Assembly (NCBI GenBank): GCA_017615655.1
Contig: JAFZZS010000002.1
Span: 3,114-67,113 of the forward strand
From: Alphaproteobacteria bacterium
GTDB lineage: Bacteria > Pseudomonadota > Alphaproteobacteria > Rs-D84
DNA length: 64,000 nt
Direction: 5' to 3'
Shown piece by piece: positions 49,906 through 58,712 of the stretch. The position numbers were made by a program, and so were the translations under genes. Below the pieces are notes generated by a model, which made no database searches, was not told the origin of the DNA, and worked only from the letters and a program-made list of their open reading frames with translations. Numbering within the stretch: the stretch's first letter is position 1; the number at the start of each line of letters is the position of its first letter.

Positions 49906-52107
49906 ATGAGTGATAAATCAAAATTTTTACCTGAACGTGTTTCTGGGGCGCTGAAGGGGTTTGCAATTAAACTCTGTGGTGTGGCAGTTTCTTTGGTTGC
50001 TGCGTGGTCAGTTTTAGTGTTGTTTTTTCATAATCCATACCTAGATGGAATATCAACAGCCAGCAATTTTGGTAGTCAGTCATTGATGGGAAATTTTGTT
50101 GGGGTATTACGTTATATGGTTGGGTATATTCCAACGCTGTTTTTGTTGTTGTGTCTTGGTAGATATGGAATAAATTTGATACTGGGTGGCGATGACGATG
50201 GAACACCGGAATACAACATATTGCGTGGTTTTGTTGCGGTTTGTTTGGGTGGTGCGGGTTTTGGTATCATTGCGCCACGTGCTACCTTTGGTGGTATGGT
50301 GGGTGCAGTTGCGGCGGCAGATATATCTGGATTGATAGGTGGGTTTGGAATCTTGGTCGGGATTTTATGTTTATGTGGATTTTTTGTATTAGCGGGTGTG
50401 CTGTTGCATATAAGTTTTAGTGATGTAATGCGCATCATTAATATCGTATGGCGTGTATTGCGTTGGATATTAACCGCTTTTCATTTAATGCGAGAAATTC
50501 CAGATGAAGATATAGAAGAAGACGAAGAAACTGAAGAGGAAGAAGAGGAGCCTAAGCCTCGAAAGAAAGCTCGTCGCAAGACAATCGTTAAAAGTTCTGA
50601 TAGTGAGGCTGTTGAATACGAATTGCCAGATCCAGAATTTTTAGCAAGTTCTAGTTTTGGAAAGACTGTCATTACACCAGAATTGAAAAAACAGGCGGCG
50701 TTGCTTGAAACACATTTTGCAGAATACGGTGTTAATGGTCATGTAACTGGAATTCGTCCAGGACCAATTGTAACACTTTATGAATTTATGCCCGATTCTG
50801 GTACGCGTATGGTGGACGTTAGTAAAACTGTCAAGGATATGACGCGTGCGATGGCAACCGAGAATATCCGTATTGCGCATATCCCGGCAACTCAGTTGAT
50901 TGGGGTTGAAATGGTGAATTTAAATCGTCAGATGGTGCGTTTTGGTGGTTTGGTTGGAAACGAGGCATTTATAGAATCTAAATACAAAATACCGCTTGCG
51001 TTAGGTGTGGATATTGGTGGAAATCCTATGTATTACGATTTGGCAAAAATGCCACATATGTTGATTGCGGGACGTACTGGGTCTGGTAAGTCCGTGTTTG
51101 TTCAGTCAATTATAACGTCTATTGTTTATCATTTTACACCTGATAAGTGCAAGTTAATAATAATCGATCCAAAGGGTGTTGATTTTGGATTTTGGGACGA
51201 TATTCCACATTTGATAACCCCGATTGTTAAGTTGGATGCAGCGGCAGCAGTAAACGCGTTAAAATGGGCTGTACGCGAAATGGAGGAACGTTATAAACAA
51301 TTACAAGTGTTAAATGCGCGTAATATAGAAAGTTATAACGAGGCGGCGGCTGAAAAACGCGCTTCTGGTGAAAAGTTAACGCGTCAAGTTGCGGTTGGTA
51401 CCGATGAAGAAACAGGTGAATTGTTGTTTGAGACCCAGGAAGTTGATTTATCGGATATGCCGTACATAGTTATTATTATTGACGAGGTGGCAGATCTTAT
51501 GTCACTGGCACGGAAAGAGGTCGAAGCATGTGTTCAACGTATTGCACAAAAGGCACGTGCAGCCGGTATACATCTTGTTATGGCGACCCAGCGACCAGAT
51601 GCAATGACCATTACTGGTGTTATCAAGGCAAATTTCCCAACGCGTGTTTCTTTCCAAGCACGCAGCGTTATTGATTCTATGACGACACTTGGTGAAAAGG
51701 GTGCAGAACAATTACTGGCTTGTGGTGATATGTTGTTTAGCGAGGCTGGCAAGGTCCCAGTGCGTATACATGGGGCATTCATTGCTGATGAAGAAATGAA
51801 TCGTATTGGCGATTTCTTGCGTGGTCAAGGTGAGCCAGAATATGCATCGGGTGTTACGGATGATGATGGTGATTTTACGGGTTCTGGTGGCGAAGGAATG
51901 GGCAGTGGTGCCTCTGGGGGTGGCAAAGATGCGGATTTATATACGCAAGCCAAAGAATATGTATTACGTGATAAAAAGCCAACAATATCGTATATTCAGC
52001 GTCGTTTGAGTGTCGGATACAACAAAGCCGCTGGTTTTATGGAACGTATGGAACAAGAAGGAATTGTAAGTGCCCCTGATGCAAATGGAAAGCGTCATAT
52101 ATTATAG
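49906..52107 (+). CDS. ftsK: DNA translocase FtsK
   Basis: N-terminal TM domain, acidic/basic low-complexity linker, motor domain with GRTGSGKSVF Walker A, C-terminal gamma winged-helix domain; 733 aa. Confidence 0.93.
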   Translation: MSDKSKFLPERVSGALKGFAIKLCGVAVSLVAAWSVLVLFFHNPYLDGISTASNFGSQSLMGNFVGVLRYMVGYIPTLFLLLCLGRYGINLILGGDDDGTPEYNILRGFVAVCLGGAGFGIIAPRATFGGMVGAVAAADISGLIGGFGILVGILCLCGFFVLAGVLLHISFSDVMRIINIVWRVLRWILTAFHLMREIPDEDIEEDEETEEEEEEPKPRKKARRKTIVKSSDSEAVEYELPDPEFLASSSFGKTVITPELKKQAALLETHFAEYGVNGHVTGIRPGPIVTLYEFMPDSGTRMVDVSKTVKDMTRAMATENIRIAHIPATQLIGVEMVNLNRQMVRFGGLVGNEAFIESKYKIPLALGVDIGGNPMYYDLAKMPHMLIAGRTGSGKSVFVQSIITSIVYHFTPDKCKLIIIDPKGVDFGFWDDIPHLITPIVKLDAAAAVNALKWAVREMEERYKQLQVLNARNIESYNEAAAEKRASGEKLTRQVAVGTDEETGELLFETQEVDLSDMPYIVIIIDEVADLMSLARKEVEACVQRIAQKARAAGIHLVMATQRPDAMTITGVIKANFPTRVSFQARSVIDSMTTLGEKGAEQLLACGDMLFSEAGKVPVRIHGAFIADEEMNRIGDFLRGQGEPEYASGVTDDDGDFTGSGGEGMGSGASGGGKDADLYTQAKEYVLRDKKPTISYIQRRLSVGYNKAAGFMERMEQEGIVSAPDANGKRHIL

Positions 52108-52131
52108 TGTAAATAGACTACTTTTTTGATT

Positions 52132-52159
52132 TTGTTATTGGGACATTTTGTGATATAAT
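52132..52159 (+). promoter_or_regulatory. Putative sigma70-type promoter for the first outer-membrane protein gene (-35 TTGTTA, 16-nt spacer, -10 TATAAT)
   Basis: TTGTTA 52132-52137, TATAAT 52154-52159, RBS AAAGGAG 52170-52176, ATG 52186. Confidence 0.4.
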
Positions 52160-52185
52160 TAGGTTATTAAAAAGGAGTGTATAAA

Positions 52186-53376
52186 ATGAAAATGTATTTA
52201 CCAGGATTTGTTTTTGCAACAATGTTGGTTGCATCCATGCCGGCGATTGGTGCAACTGGTTATGGAATGAGTGGCAATTCAAATAATATGAATTATGCAC
52301 AGTATGAAACACGTTCTACAACGCGTACATATTCGAATACTGGAAATTATGGTGCCTATAACAATAGTAATTACGGGACAAGATATTATAATAATCAAGG
52401 TGCTAATCGTAATCAGATGTATCGTGGATACAATGGTGCATCAAGCACGCGTACTGTTACAACGAACAACCGCCAAACCGTACGCAGAAGTATGAAGCGT
52501 AAATACTATTTGGCGCATCCTTTCTTTCAACCAACCGAAGGTAAATTTGGTTCGATAACAGATTTGGCATATAATACCGCATCGTATAATTTTGATATTA
52601 CGCCGGCGTCGGGTGTTACGATGTCTGATACATCTGCAAAGTGGGATATGAAGCAGTATGCTGTCAAAGAAGATTTCAGTTTTGGAATCACTGACAGATT
52701 TGGTTTGTTGTTGATGGGTCGTTATGATACAACAAAATACAAATTTGATTGGTCTACTGCGCCAGATGACAAGATGGATGATCATGGGTTTAATATTTAT
52801 GGTGCTGGTGCACAGTGGCGTTTTGTTGATAATGAGAAATGGATTGGAACGCTATCTGCTTACTATGAGAGACAGCAAGATATTGCTAATGAATTCGTGT
52901 TGGATTTGAAGGCTGGTTATAAAGTTTCAAAATCGACCATATATGGACTGGCACGGGGTTGGTTGGTGAATTTCGATGAAGAAATGTATGGAAACGGCGT
53001 TGTCGGCTCAAATGAAAGTGGGTACACTGAATCTATATTCTTGGAATATGATGGCGATGCCGAAAGAACGTTTTTCTTTGAAGCTGGACTTGGTGTATTT
53101 AGTGTACTGGATGAAGATTGGACATTGAATGTCGAGGCTCTTGTTGGTAATTATGATTGGCATAATCAGGCATCCATCAAGGGGGCGATTGGTTGGCAAC
53201 CAAACGATTGGTTCGCTTTGAACTTGTATGTCAAAACATCATTCTTTGATAGTGCCGATGGTAAGAATTTAGATTTCTATGGCACCGAATCAGGAATATG
53301 GAAATACATGGGTGAAGCAAAATTAGATAAGTACAGAGAAATGTCTGTTGGTGGTCAGATAATATTCTATTTCTAA
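52186..53376 (+). CDS. Outer-membrane beta-barrel protein with N/Y/G/R-rich low-complexity N-terminal region
   Basis: Signal peptide (FVFATMLVASMPAIGA), about 80 aa of N/Y/G-rich sequence, alternating amphipathic strands, C-terminal aromatic ...IIFYF; 397 aa. Confidence 0.6.
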   Translation: MKMYLPGFVFATMLVASMPAIGATGYGMSGNSNNMNYAQYETRSTTRTYSNTGNYGAYNNSNYGTRYYNNQGANRNQMYRGYNGASSTRTVTTNNRQTVRRSMKRKYYLAHPFFQPTEGKFGSITDLAYNTASYNFDITPASGVTMSDTSAKWDMKQYAVKEDFSFGITDRFGLLLMGRYDTTKYKFDWSTAPDDKMDDHGFNIYGAGAQWRFVDNEKWIGTLSAYYERQQDIANEFVLDLKAGYKVSKSTIYGLARGWLVNFDEEMYGNGVVGSNESGYTESIFLEYDGDAERTFFFEAGLGVFSVLDEDWTLNVEALVGNYDWHNQASIKGAIGWQPNDWFALNLYVKTSFFDSADGKNLDFYGTESGIWKYMGEAKLDKYREMSVGGQIIFYF

Positions 53377-53426
53377 TGTGGATAAGTCCGGTGGCTTTAA
53401 ACGTCACCGGATAGTTTTTATATGAA

Positions 53427-54152
53427 ATGATGAAAATGCGCAAAATTTTATCTCTTTGTATATTGTCTGTGTTATGCGGTGCTCCTGCGTATTCACTTGA
53501 TTTGTCACAAGATACATCTGATCCATTATTCTTGCAGGCACGTGGTGGGTTGTTATCCAAGACTGGACTGGATTATTTTGAAACTGGGTTAAGGGTAGGT
53601 CAGTCATTATCGTATGGCTTGGCAGACAAGTTTGTAATTGGAGGCAGTGTTCATTATCAACGTGATTTTGAACGTTCTGAAAACGGTTTCTCGAGTATAG
53701 ATTTAGGTGGCGTGTATCGTATAGGAACTGCGGCAGAAAATGCGCAACATATTATATATGATTTTCTAATTGGACTTAAATTTGGCGGGTCGCATCGCGT
53801 ACGTACCCCGGATTATGCTGATTCTGCGTATTATGTTGGGTTGCGTTTTGGTCGTCAGTACGAAGGTGTCACTTTTGCTGGTACAATAAAATCTACGTGG
53901 ATATTTGATGATGTGCCATTAGGTATGGCATTCATAGACTTTGTGCCAGAATTTTATTTTCGTGTGAATAATAATTGGCGTGTTGGTGGAAATGTTGCCT
54001 TGCGCAAGGCAACAAATTCGTATTATAACGAGGAATCTATTGGTCTAAATATTGTTCGTGAATATGGACGGACGCAGTACGCTGGGCATATAGACTACGC
54101 ATTCGAGGCCGAAGATATATCGGCTGGTGTTTCAGTTAATATATTATTTTAA
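53427..54152 (+). CDS. Outer-membrane beta-barrel protein (paralog of the upstream gene)
   Basis: Signal peptide (ILSLCILSVLCGAPAYS), C-terminal ...VNILF. The internal FSFGITDRFGLLLMGRYD / LSYGLADKFVIGGSVHYQ correspondence with the upstream OMP suggests paralogy. Confidence 0.55.
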   Translation: MMKMRKILSLCILSVLCGAPAYSLDLSQDTSDPLFLQARGGLLSKTGLDYFETGLRVGQSLSYGLADKFVIGGSVHYQRDFERSENGFSSIDLGGVYRIGTAAENAQHIIYDFLIGLKFGGSHRVRTPDYADSAYYVGLRFGRQYEGVTFAGTIKSTWIFDDVPLGMAFIDFVPEFYFRVNNNWRVGGNVALRKATNSYYNEESIGLNIVREYGRTQYAGHIDYAFEAEDISAGVSVNILF

Positions 54153-54153
54153 T

Positions 54154-55440
54154 CTATTCAAACGATTTTTTAGCATGTTCTCGCAGCGAATTCCAATATT
54201 CCAATCTCTTTTTTATGTCACGTTCAAATCCGCGTTCAATTGGATGATAGAAACTTTGACGTTCCATGCTTTCAGGAAAACAATTTTGACCGCTGCATCC
54301 AGATTCTGTTTCAGGGTCATAGATATAATTTTTACCATACCCAAGATTCTTCATCATTTTCGTTGGCGCATTTAAAATATTTTTTGGTGGCATTAAATTG
54401 GATGTTTGTTTTGCAACCGAATACGATGCCATTTGTGCTTTGTAAGCTGAAATACTTTTGGGTGCAGTTCCAAGATATATTACCAACTCGGTCAGTGCAA
54501 TATCACCTTCGGGACTGCCCATACGTTCATAGACCTGCCATGCTGCGAGTGCCAGTTGCATCGCATTTGGATCAGCAAGTCCAATATCTTCCATTGCAAA
54601 TCGTGTCAGACGACGAAAAATATACATTGGATCTTGTCCTGCAGTCATCATTCTGGCAACCCAATATAATGCGGCATCGGTATCGCTGGCTCGTAATGAT
54701 TTATGAACCGCAGAAATAAGATTATAATGTTCATCACCTGATTTGTCAGATAACGGTGCACGCTTTTGAATTACTGAATCTAAATCGTCCGCAGATAAAT
54801 TCTTTCTAAATTTTGCGGATACAAGATATTCTGTGGTATTTAATAAAAATCTTGCATCACCATCGGATATTTCGGCCAAATGTTTTTTTGCGTCTGGGGT
54901 AAGAGGTATTTTCTTTCCAAGATATTTTTCTGCGCGTTCAATAAGTGTCATTAAATCATCCGTATTTAACGGTTCCAAAACACCAATATGACAACGTGAT
55001 AATAATGCATTATTCAAATTGAAACTTGGGTTTTCGGTTGTAGCGCCAATAAAAACCACTGTTCCATCTTCAAGATATGGTAATAATGTATCTTGCTGTG
55101 TTTTATTGAATCTGTGGATTTCATCAATAAAAAGTAGAGTTCCACGTCCAATTGACGTATTTGTACGTGCAATTTCCATCGTTTTCTTTATATCTGCTGT
55201 GCCAGAAAATACGGCGGACATTGGGACAAAATCCATATCAACTGAATTTGCCAATGCACGTGCAATGGTGGTCTTGCCACATCCTGGGGGACCCCATAAT
55301 AACAAATTAGATAATTTTTTATTATCGACCATACGGCGAATAATACCATTTTCACCAAGTAATGCCCGTTGACCAACAATCTCATCGATTGTGTTTGGTC
55401 GCATAATATCCGCCAAAGGGCGCGTTGTTACATTAGACAT
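54154..55440 (-). CDS. rarA: Replication-associated recombination protein A (RarA/MgsA)
   Basis: AAA+ core LLWGPPGCGKTTIARALAN, sensor motifs, C-terminal MgsA domain; 428 aa. Confidence 0.92.
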   Translation of the reverse strand: MSNVTTRPLADIMRPNTIDEIVGQRALLGENGIIRRMVDNKKLSNLLLWGPPGCGKTTIARALANSVDMDFVPMSAVFSGTADIKKTMEIARTNTSIGRGTLLFIDEIHRFNKTQQDTLLPYLEDGTVVFIGATTENPSFNLNNALLSRCHIGVLEPLNTDDLMTLIERAEKYLGKKIPLTPDAKKHLAEISDGDARFLLNTTEYLVSAKFRKNLSADDLDSVIQKRAPLSDKSGDEHYNLISAVHKSLRASDTDAALYWVARMMTAGQDPMYIFRRLTRFAMEDIGLADPNAMQLALAAWQVYERMGSPEGDIALTELVIYLGTAPKSISAYKAQMASYSVAKQTSNLMPPKNILNAPTKMMKNLGYGKNYIYDPETESGCSGQNCFPESMERQSFYHPIERGFERDIKKRLEYWNSLREHAKKSFE

Positions 55441-55539
55441 TTTATTATTAGCCTTGTTTATGGTATAATCATCTTATTAAATAAATAGGACATTGGCAAA
55501 TGTAAAATTTGCCCAGGTTTTGAACCCCAGGAGGCTATT

Positions 55540-57552
55540 ATGCGTGTTTGTATAAATGTTGAAGATAAGCGTTGGAAAAAATATAAAATTGATTTTTCAA
55601 AAATTGTCAATGCGTCAGTTCCTGCTAAATACAAAAATTCTGAGGTTTCAATTACACTTGTTAATGATGATGAAATACGCAAAATAAATAAGAAGTATCG
55701 CAAGATAAATAAACCAACTAATGTCCTGTCGTTTGAGTTATCAGATGATATTTTGTTGGGTGATATATTTATTTCAATTGATACTGTGATGCGCGAATCC
55801 AAACAGGAACATATTTCAGTCGCAGAACATACCGCACATATGGTTGTCCATGGCATATTACATTTATTGGGATATGACCATATGACCGATAAAGATGCGC
55901 AAAAAATGGAAACAAAGGAAATAAATATATTACGTAAGTTGGGTTACAAAAATCCATATATAAACGATGGTGATATCTGTTCAGATAGAATGTGTTGCCC
56001 CGGTGAAAAAACAATAAGTGCGTTTAGACATTTTTTTGAGGGTGCACTTGGTCGAACGATATTATACGTATTGTTTGGTTTAATATCATCATTAGGTTTT
56101 GCGCCATTCTATATGTGGTGGTTTTCTATAATTGGTATTGGGGGGGCATACTTGTTAAGTATAAAAAGTTTACCTGGACATTCGGGAATAGGTAAATTTA
56201 TACGTATCTTTCCATTTGGCGCATTTTATGCAATTGCGATGTTCTGGTGGGTATTGCATAGTATTTATGTTATTCCAGAACTTGCGGCACAATTCGCAAT
56301 ATGGACGATACCAGGGCTTATAGGTATAGGTTTGGTTGGTGGTATTGTGTTTTCCTTTCCATTTATGGCTATTTCATCTGTACGGGCAAATGCGGCGTGT
56401 AGACCATTTTTATTTGCGGCTGTTTGGACCCTTGTGCTGTGGTGTCGTGAATGGATTTTTACTGGGTTTCCATGGAATCCGATCGCTAATATTGTCATTG
56501 GAAATGTATATTTATCCAATTCTATGTCATTGTATGGGGCATTAGGGTTAACATTTGTGATAATTGGTTTGATTGGTGCACTATCGGAAATTATCAGAAA
56601 TTTCCGTAATACGATGAATTGGTTTGCTATGTTTGTTTTTGTGTGTCTGGGTGCACTTGGTATTATTTATGGCGTTAGAAATATAAATGTTTCTGCCCAA
56701 AATCATGGGATTAATTCACCGCTTATTCGTATTATACAACCCGCGCAAAGTGCTGCACAAAAAGCAACACATTCACGTACGGCTGCGCTACAAAATGCAA
56801 ATTATAATATCAATCTGATGGTGTCGTTGGCATCCATAGATGGCGAATATGATTTGGCGGTATTTCCAGAAACAGCATATCCATTTGTTATGACAGATGG
56901 GGATATAATGTCAATTTCGCGTTTGCTATCAAAACCAATAGTTATTGGTTCCAATTATTACAGTGATGGTAATTTGTATAATTCACTGATTGTATCGGAC
57001 GTAGATGGCGTAATTTCTCATGTATACAGTAAGTCACATTTGGTACCGTTTGGCGAATATCGGCCATTTGGAAATATTATACCAACACCAGGACAATTAA
57101 CGCCTGGTAATGGACCAGAACTTATTAAAATGAATATCAAAGGACAAAGATTTGTATTTGCCCCTGCGGTTTGTTATGAAGTAATATTTTCTGATTCGTT
57201 GATACCAAACGGTCAAACACCAGATGCAATTATCAATATAACAAATGATAATTGGTTTGGTAAGACCCCTGGGACGTATCAGCATCTTGATATGGTGCGC
57301 AGATATGCAATTGAATCAGGCTTGCCGATTATTCGGGCAAATTATTCGGGTGTTAGTGCATTTATTGCCGCAGATGGTAATGTTGTTGCGTATATGCCCG
57401 TAAGCCAAACAGGTCAAATAGATGGCTTTGTATGGGGTGCGCACAAGACAATGTATCGTGTAATTGGTCGTGATATGTGGATGATAATCATTTTGATAAT
57501 TTCGTGCTTGGCGGTGATATGGATTTCAGAAGTTTCACGCAATCGTTCCTGA
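55540..57552 (+). CDS. In-frame fusion: endoribonuclease YbeY (N-terminal ~150 aa) plus apolipoprotein N-acyltransferase Lnt (C-terminal ~520 aa)
   Basis: YbeY metal site HGILHLLGYDH at residues ~104-114. The Lnt multi-TM region and CN-hydrolase domain (VFPETAYPF, CYEVIF) follow with no intervening stop. An internal Met that could start Lnt lies at 55990. Confidence 0.7.
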   Translation: MRVCINVEDKRWKKYKIDFSKIVNASVPAKYKNSEVSITLVNDDEIRKINKKYRKINKPTNVLSFELSDDILLGDIFISIDTVMRESKQEHISVAEHTAHMVVHGILHLLGYDHMTDKDAQKMETKEINILRKLGYKNPYINDGDICSDRMCCPGEKTISAFRHFFEGALGRTILYVLFGLISSLGFAPFYMWWFSIIGIGGAYLLSIKSLPGHSGIGKFIRIFPFGAFYAIAMFWWVLHSIYVIPELAAQFAIWTIPGLIGIGLVGGIVFSFPFMAISSVRANAACRPFLFAAVWTLVLWCREWIFTGFPWNPIANIVIGNVYLSNSMSLYGALGLTFVIIGLIGALSEIIRNFRNTMNWFAMFVFVCLGALGIIYGVRNINVSAQNHGINSPLIRIIQPAQSAAQKATHSRTAALQNANYNINLMVSLASIDGEYDLAVFPETAYPFVMTDGDIMSISRLLSKPIVIGSNYYSDGNLYNSLIVSDVDGVISHVYSKSHLVPFGEYRPFGNIIPTPGQLTPGNGPELIKMNIKGQRFVFAPAVCYEVIFSDSLIPNGQTPDAIINITNDNWFGKTPGTYQHLDMVRRYAIESGLPIIRANYSGVSAFIAADGNVVAYMPVSQTGQIDGFVWGAHKTMYRVIGRDMWMIIILIISCLAVIWISEVSRNRS

Positions 57553-57556
57553 AGAT

Positions 57557-57760
57557 TTATTGGTGAAAATAATTTAATATCCATACACGGATTGCAGATG
57601 ACAGATTTGTCTTTAATTTACGTGCCGAATCGATTTCATTAATAATCTTGGCCACAGATGTTGCACGAATTTCTGCGATTTCATGTAATGCGTCTATAAA
57701 TTCTGACTCAAGTGAAATACTGGTTTGATGCCCTGATAAAGAAACAGATATTTTCTTCAT
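57557..57760 (-). CDS. Ribbon-helix-helix (RHH_4 family) protein
   Basis: KISVSLSGHQTSISLESEFIDALHEIAEIRATSVAKIINEIDSAR...NLSSAIRVWIL matches the conserved alphaproteobacterial RHH_4 pattern; 67 aa. Confidence 0.6.
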   Translation of the reverse strand: MKKISVSLSGHQTSISLESEFIDALHEIAEIRATSVAKIINEIDSARKLKTNLSSAIRVWILNYFHQ

Positions 57761-57761
57761 T

Positions 57762-58196
57762 TTATATTTTACCCCCCATCAAACAGTCCAAAATGGCACG
57801 GTATGGATCATCGTATTGACGTAAAATGCTAAGCCCCAAATTATCTAGCATAAAGCAGGTGCCAAAAGAATCAAATGCAAACCAAAACAAATCATTACGA
57901 CCAAAGATTGTTTTGCCACGAATACTCGGGATGTTGGTTAAATCAGAATTTATTTGAAAAATATTTGGAGTTGGGTATTTGGAAGAACTGGCAAATTCTG
58001 TTGGACCAAATATATACCCAGATCCTAATTTCATGCCGCCATATTTTTGGTAAATACTTATCATATACGATGGTAACATAGCAGCCCGAATTTTTTGTAG
58101 GTTCAGGTTTACTAGGTTTATTTGTCCGGGTGTTGCCGCAAGGGCGCATGTGACATTTCGTTCTTTAATTTTTGTTAAGAAATCCTGCTCTGTCAT
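57762..58196 (-). CDS. SUKH-1 (SMI1/KNR4)-like protein, putative immunity-type domain
   Basis: MLPSYMISIYQKYGGMKLGSGYIFG matches the LPxxYxxFLxxxNGG core. LFWFAFDSFGTCFMLD matches the C-terminal IPFAxDGxGxxxCLD motif of SUKH-1. 144 aa; 1-nt gap to the RHH gene. Confidence 0.5.
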   Translation of the reverse strand: MTEQDFLTKIKERNVTCALAATPGQINLVNLNLQKIRAAMLPSYMISIYQKYGGMKLGSGYIFGPTEFASSSKYPTPNIFQINSDLTNIPSIRGKTIFGRNDLFWFAFDSFGTCFMLDNLGLSILRQYDDPYRAILDCLMGGKI

Positions 58197-58208
58197 ATTT
58201 GTGCCTTT

Positions 58209-58712
58209 TTATTGGCGGCGATTTGATGCGATATTTGCCGCCATTTGACTAAGTCTGTCCGCGACAGCATTACCACCGTTGCCTGCAAGTGTTGAATGTA
58301 TAGGTAAGTATATTTTTTTCTTGGGATTTGGTAACCATATTGTTTCATTCCCAGATTGTTCGATTATGAATCTATCAAGGTTTTGTGATAACGGAAAAGT
58401 GTAGCACATAAACAAATTATCAAGATTTAATTGTCCGCCCCATATCAGCGGTACACGAAATCGTATTGATAGATTATCCGGAATATTTTGCCCTGTTAAT
58501 AACGCCATAAATTCATCGCGATTAAGGTTCATTAATGCCAGTTCTTGGACACAGTCAGATAGCGACTTCATAAAAGTATGACAAAGTTCTTTGTATTGTT
58601 GAAACCAATCTGGTGATACTCGAACATTATGAGGATTTATGGGCATGACCGGCATGTCCGGCATTTTCAGGTCTTTTAGGCGATTTTCAGCGTTTGCTTG
58701 TGTCCATTGCAT
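58209..58712 (-). CDS. Hypothetical protein (167 aa) in toxin-position upstream of SUKH-like gene
   Basis: No recognisable motifs. 12-nt gap to the downstream gene and 1-nt overlap with the upstream gene. Confidence 0.45.
   Translation of the reverse strand: MQWTQANAENRLKDLKMPDMPVMPINPHNVRVSPDWFQQYKELCHTFMKSLSDCVQELALMNLNRDEFMALLTGQNIPDNLSIRFRVPLIWGGQLNLDNLFMCYTFPLSQNLDRFIIEQSGNETIWLPNPKKKIYLPIHSTLAGNGGNAVADRLSQMAANIASNRRQ

Noticed and set aside
50490-50590. Acidic then basic low-complexity stretch (EDIEEDEETEEEEEEPKPRKKARRK) in ftsK
   Set aside because: This is the usual variable linker between the FtsK membrane and motor domains, not a separate element.
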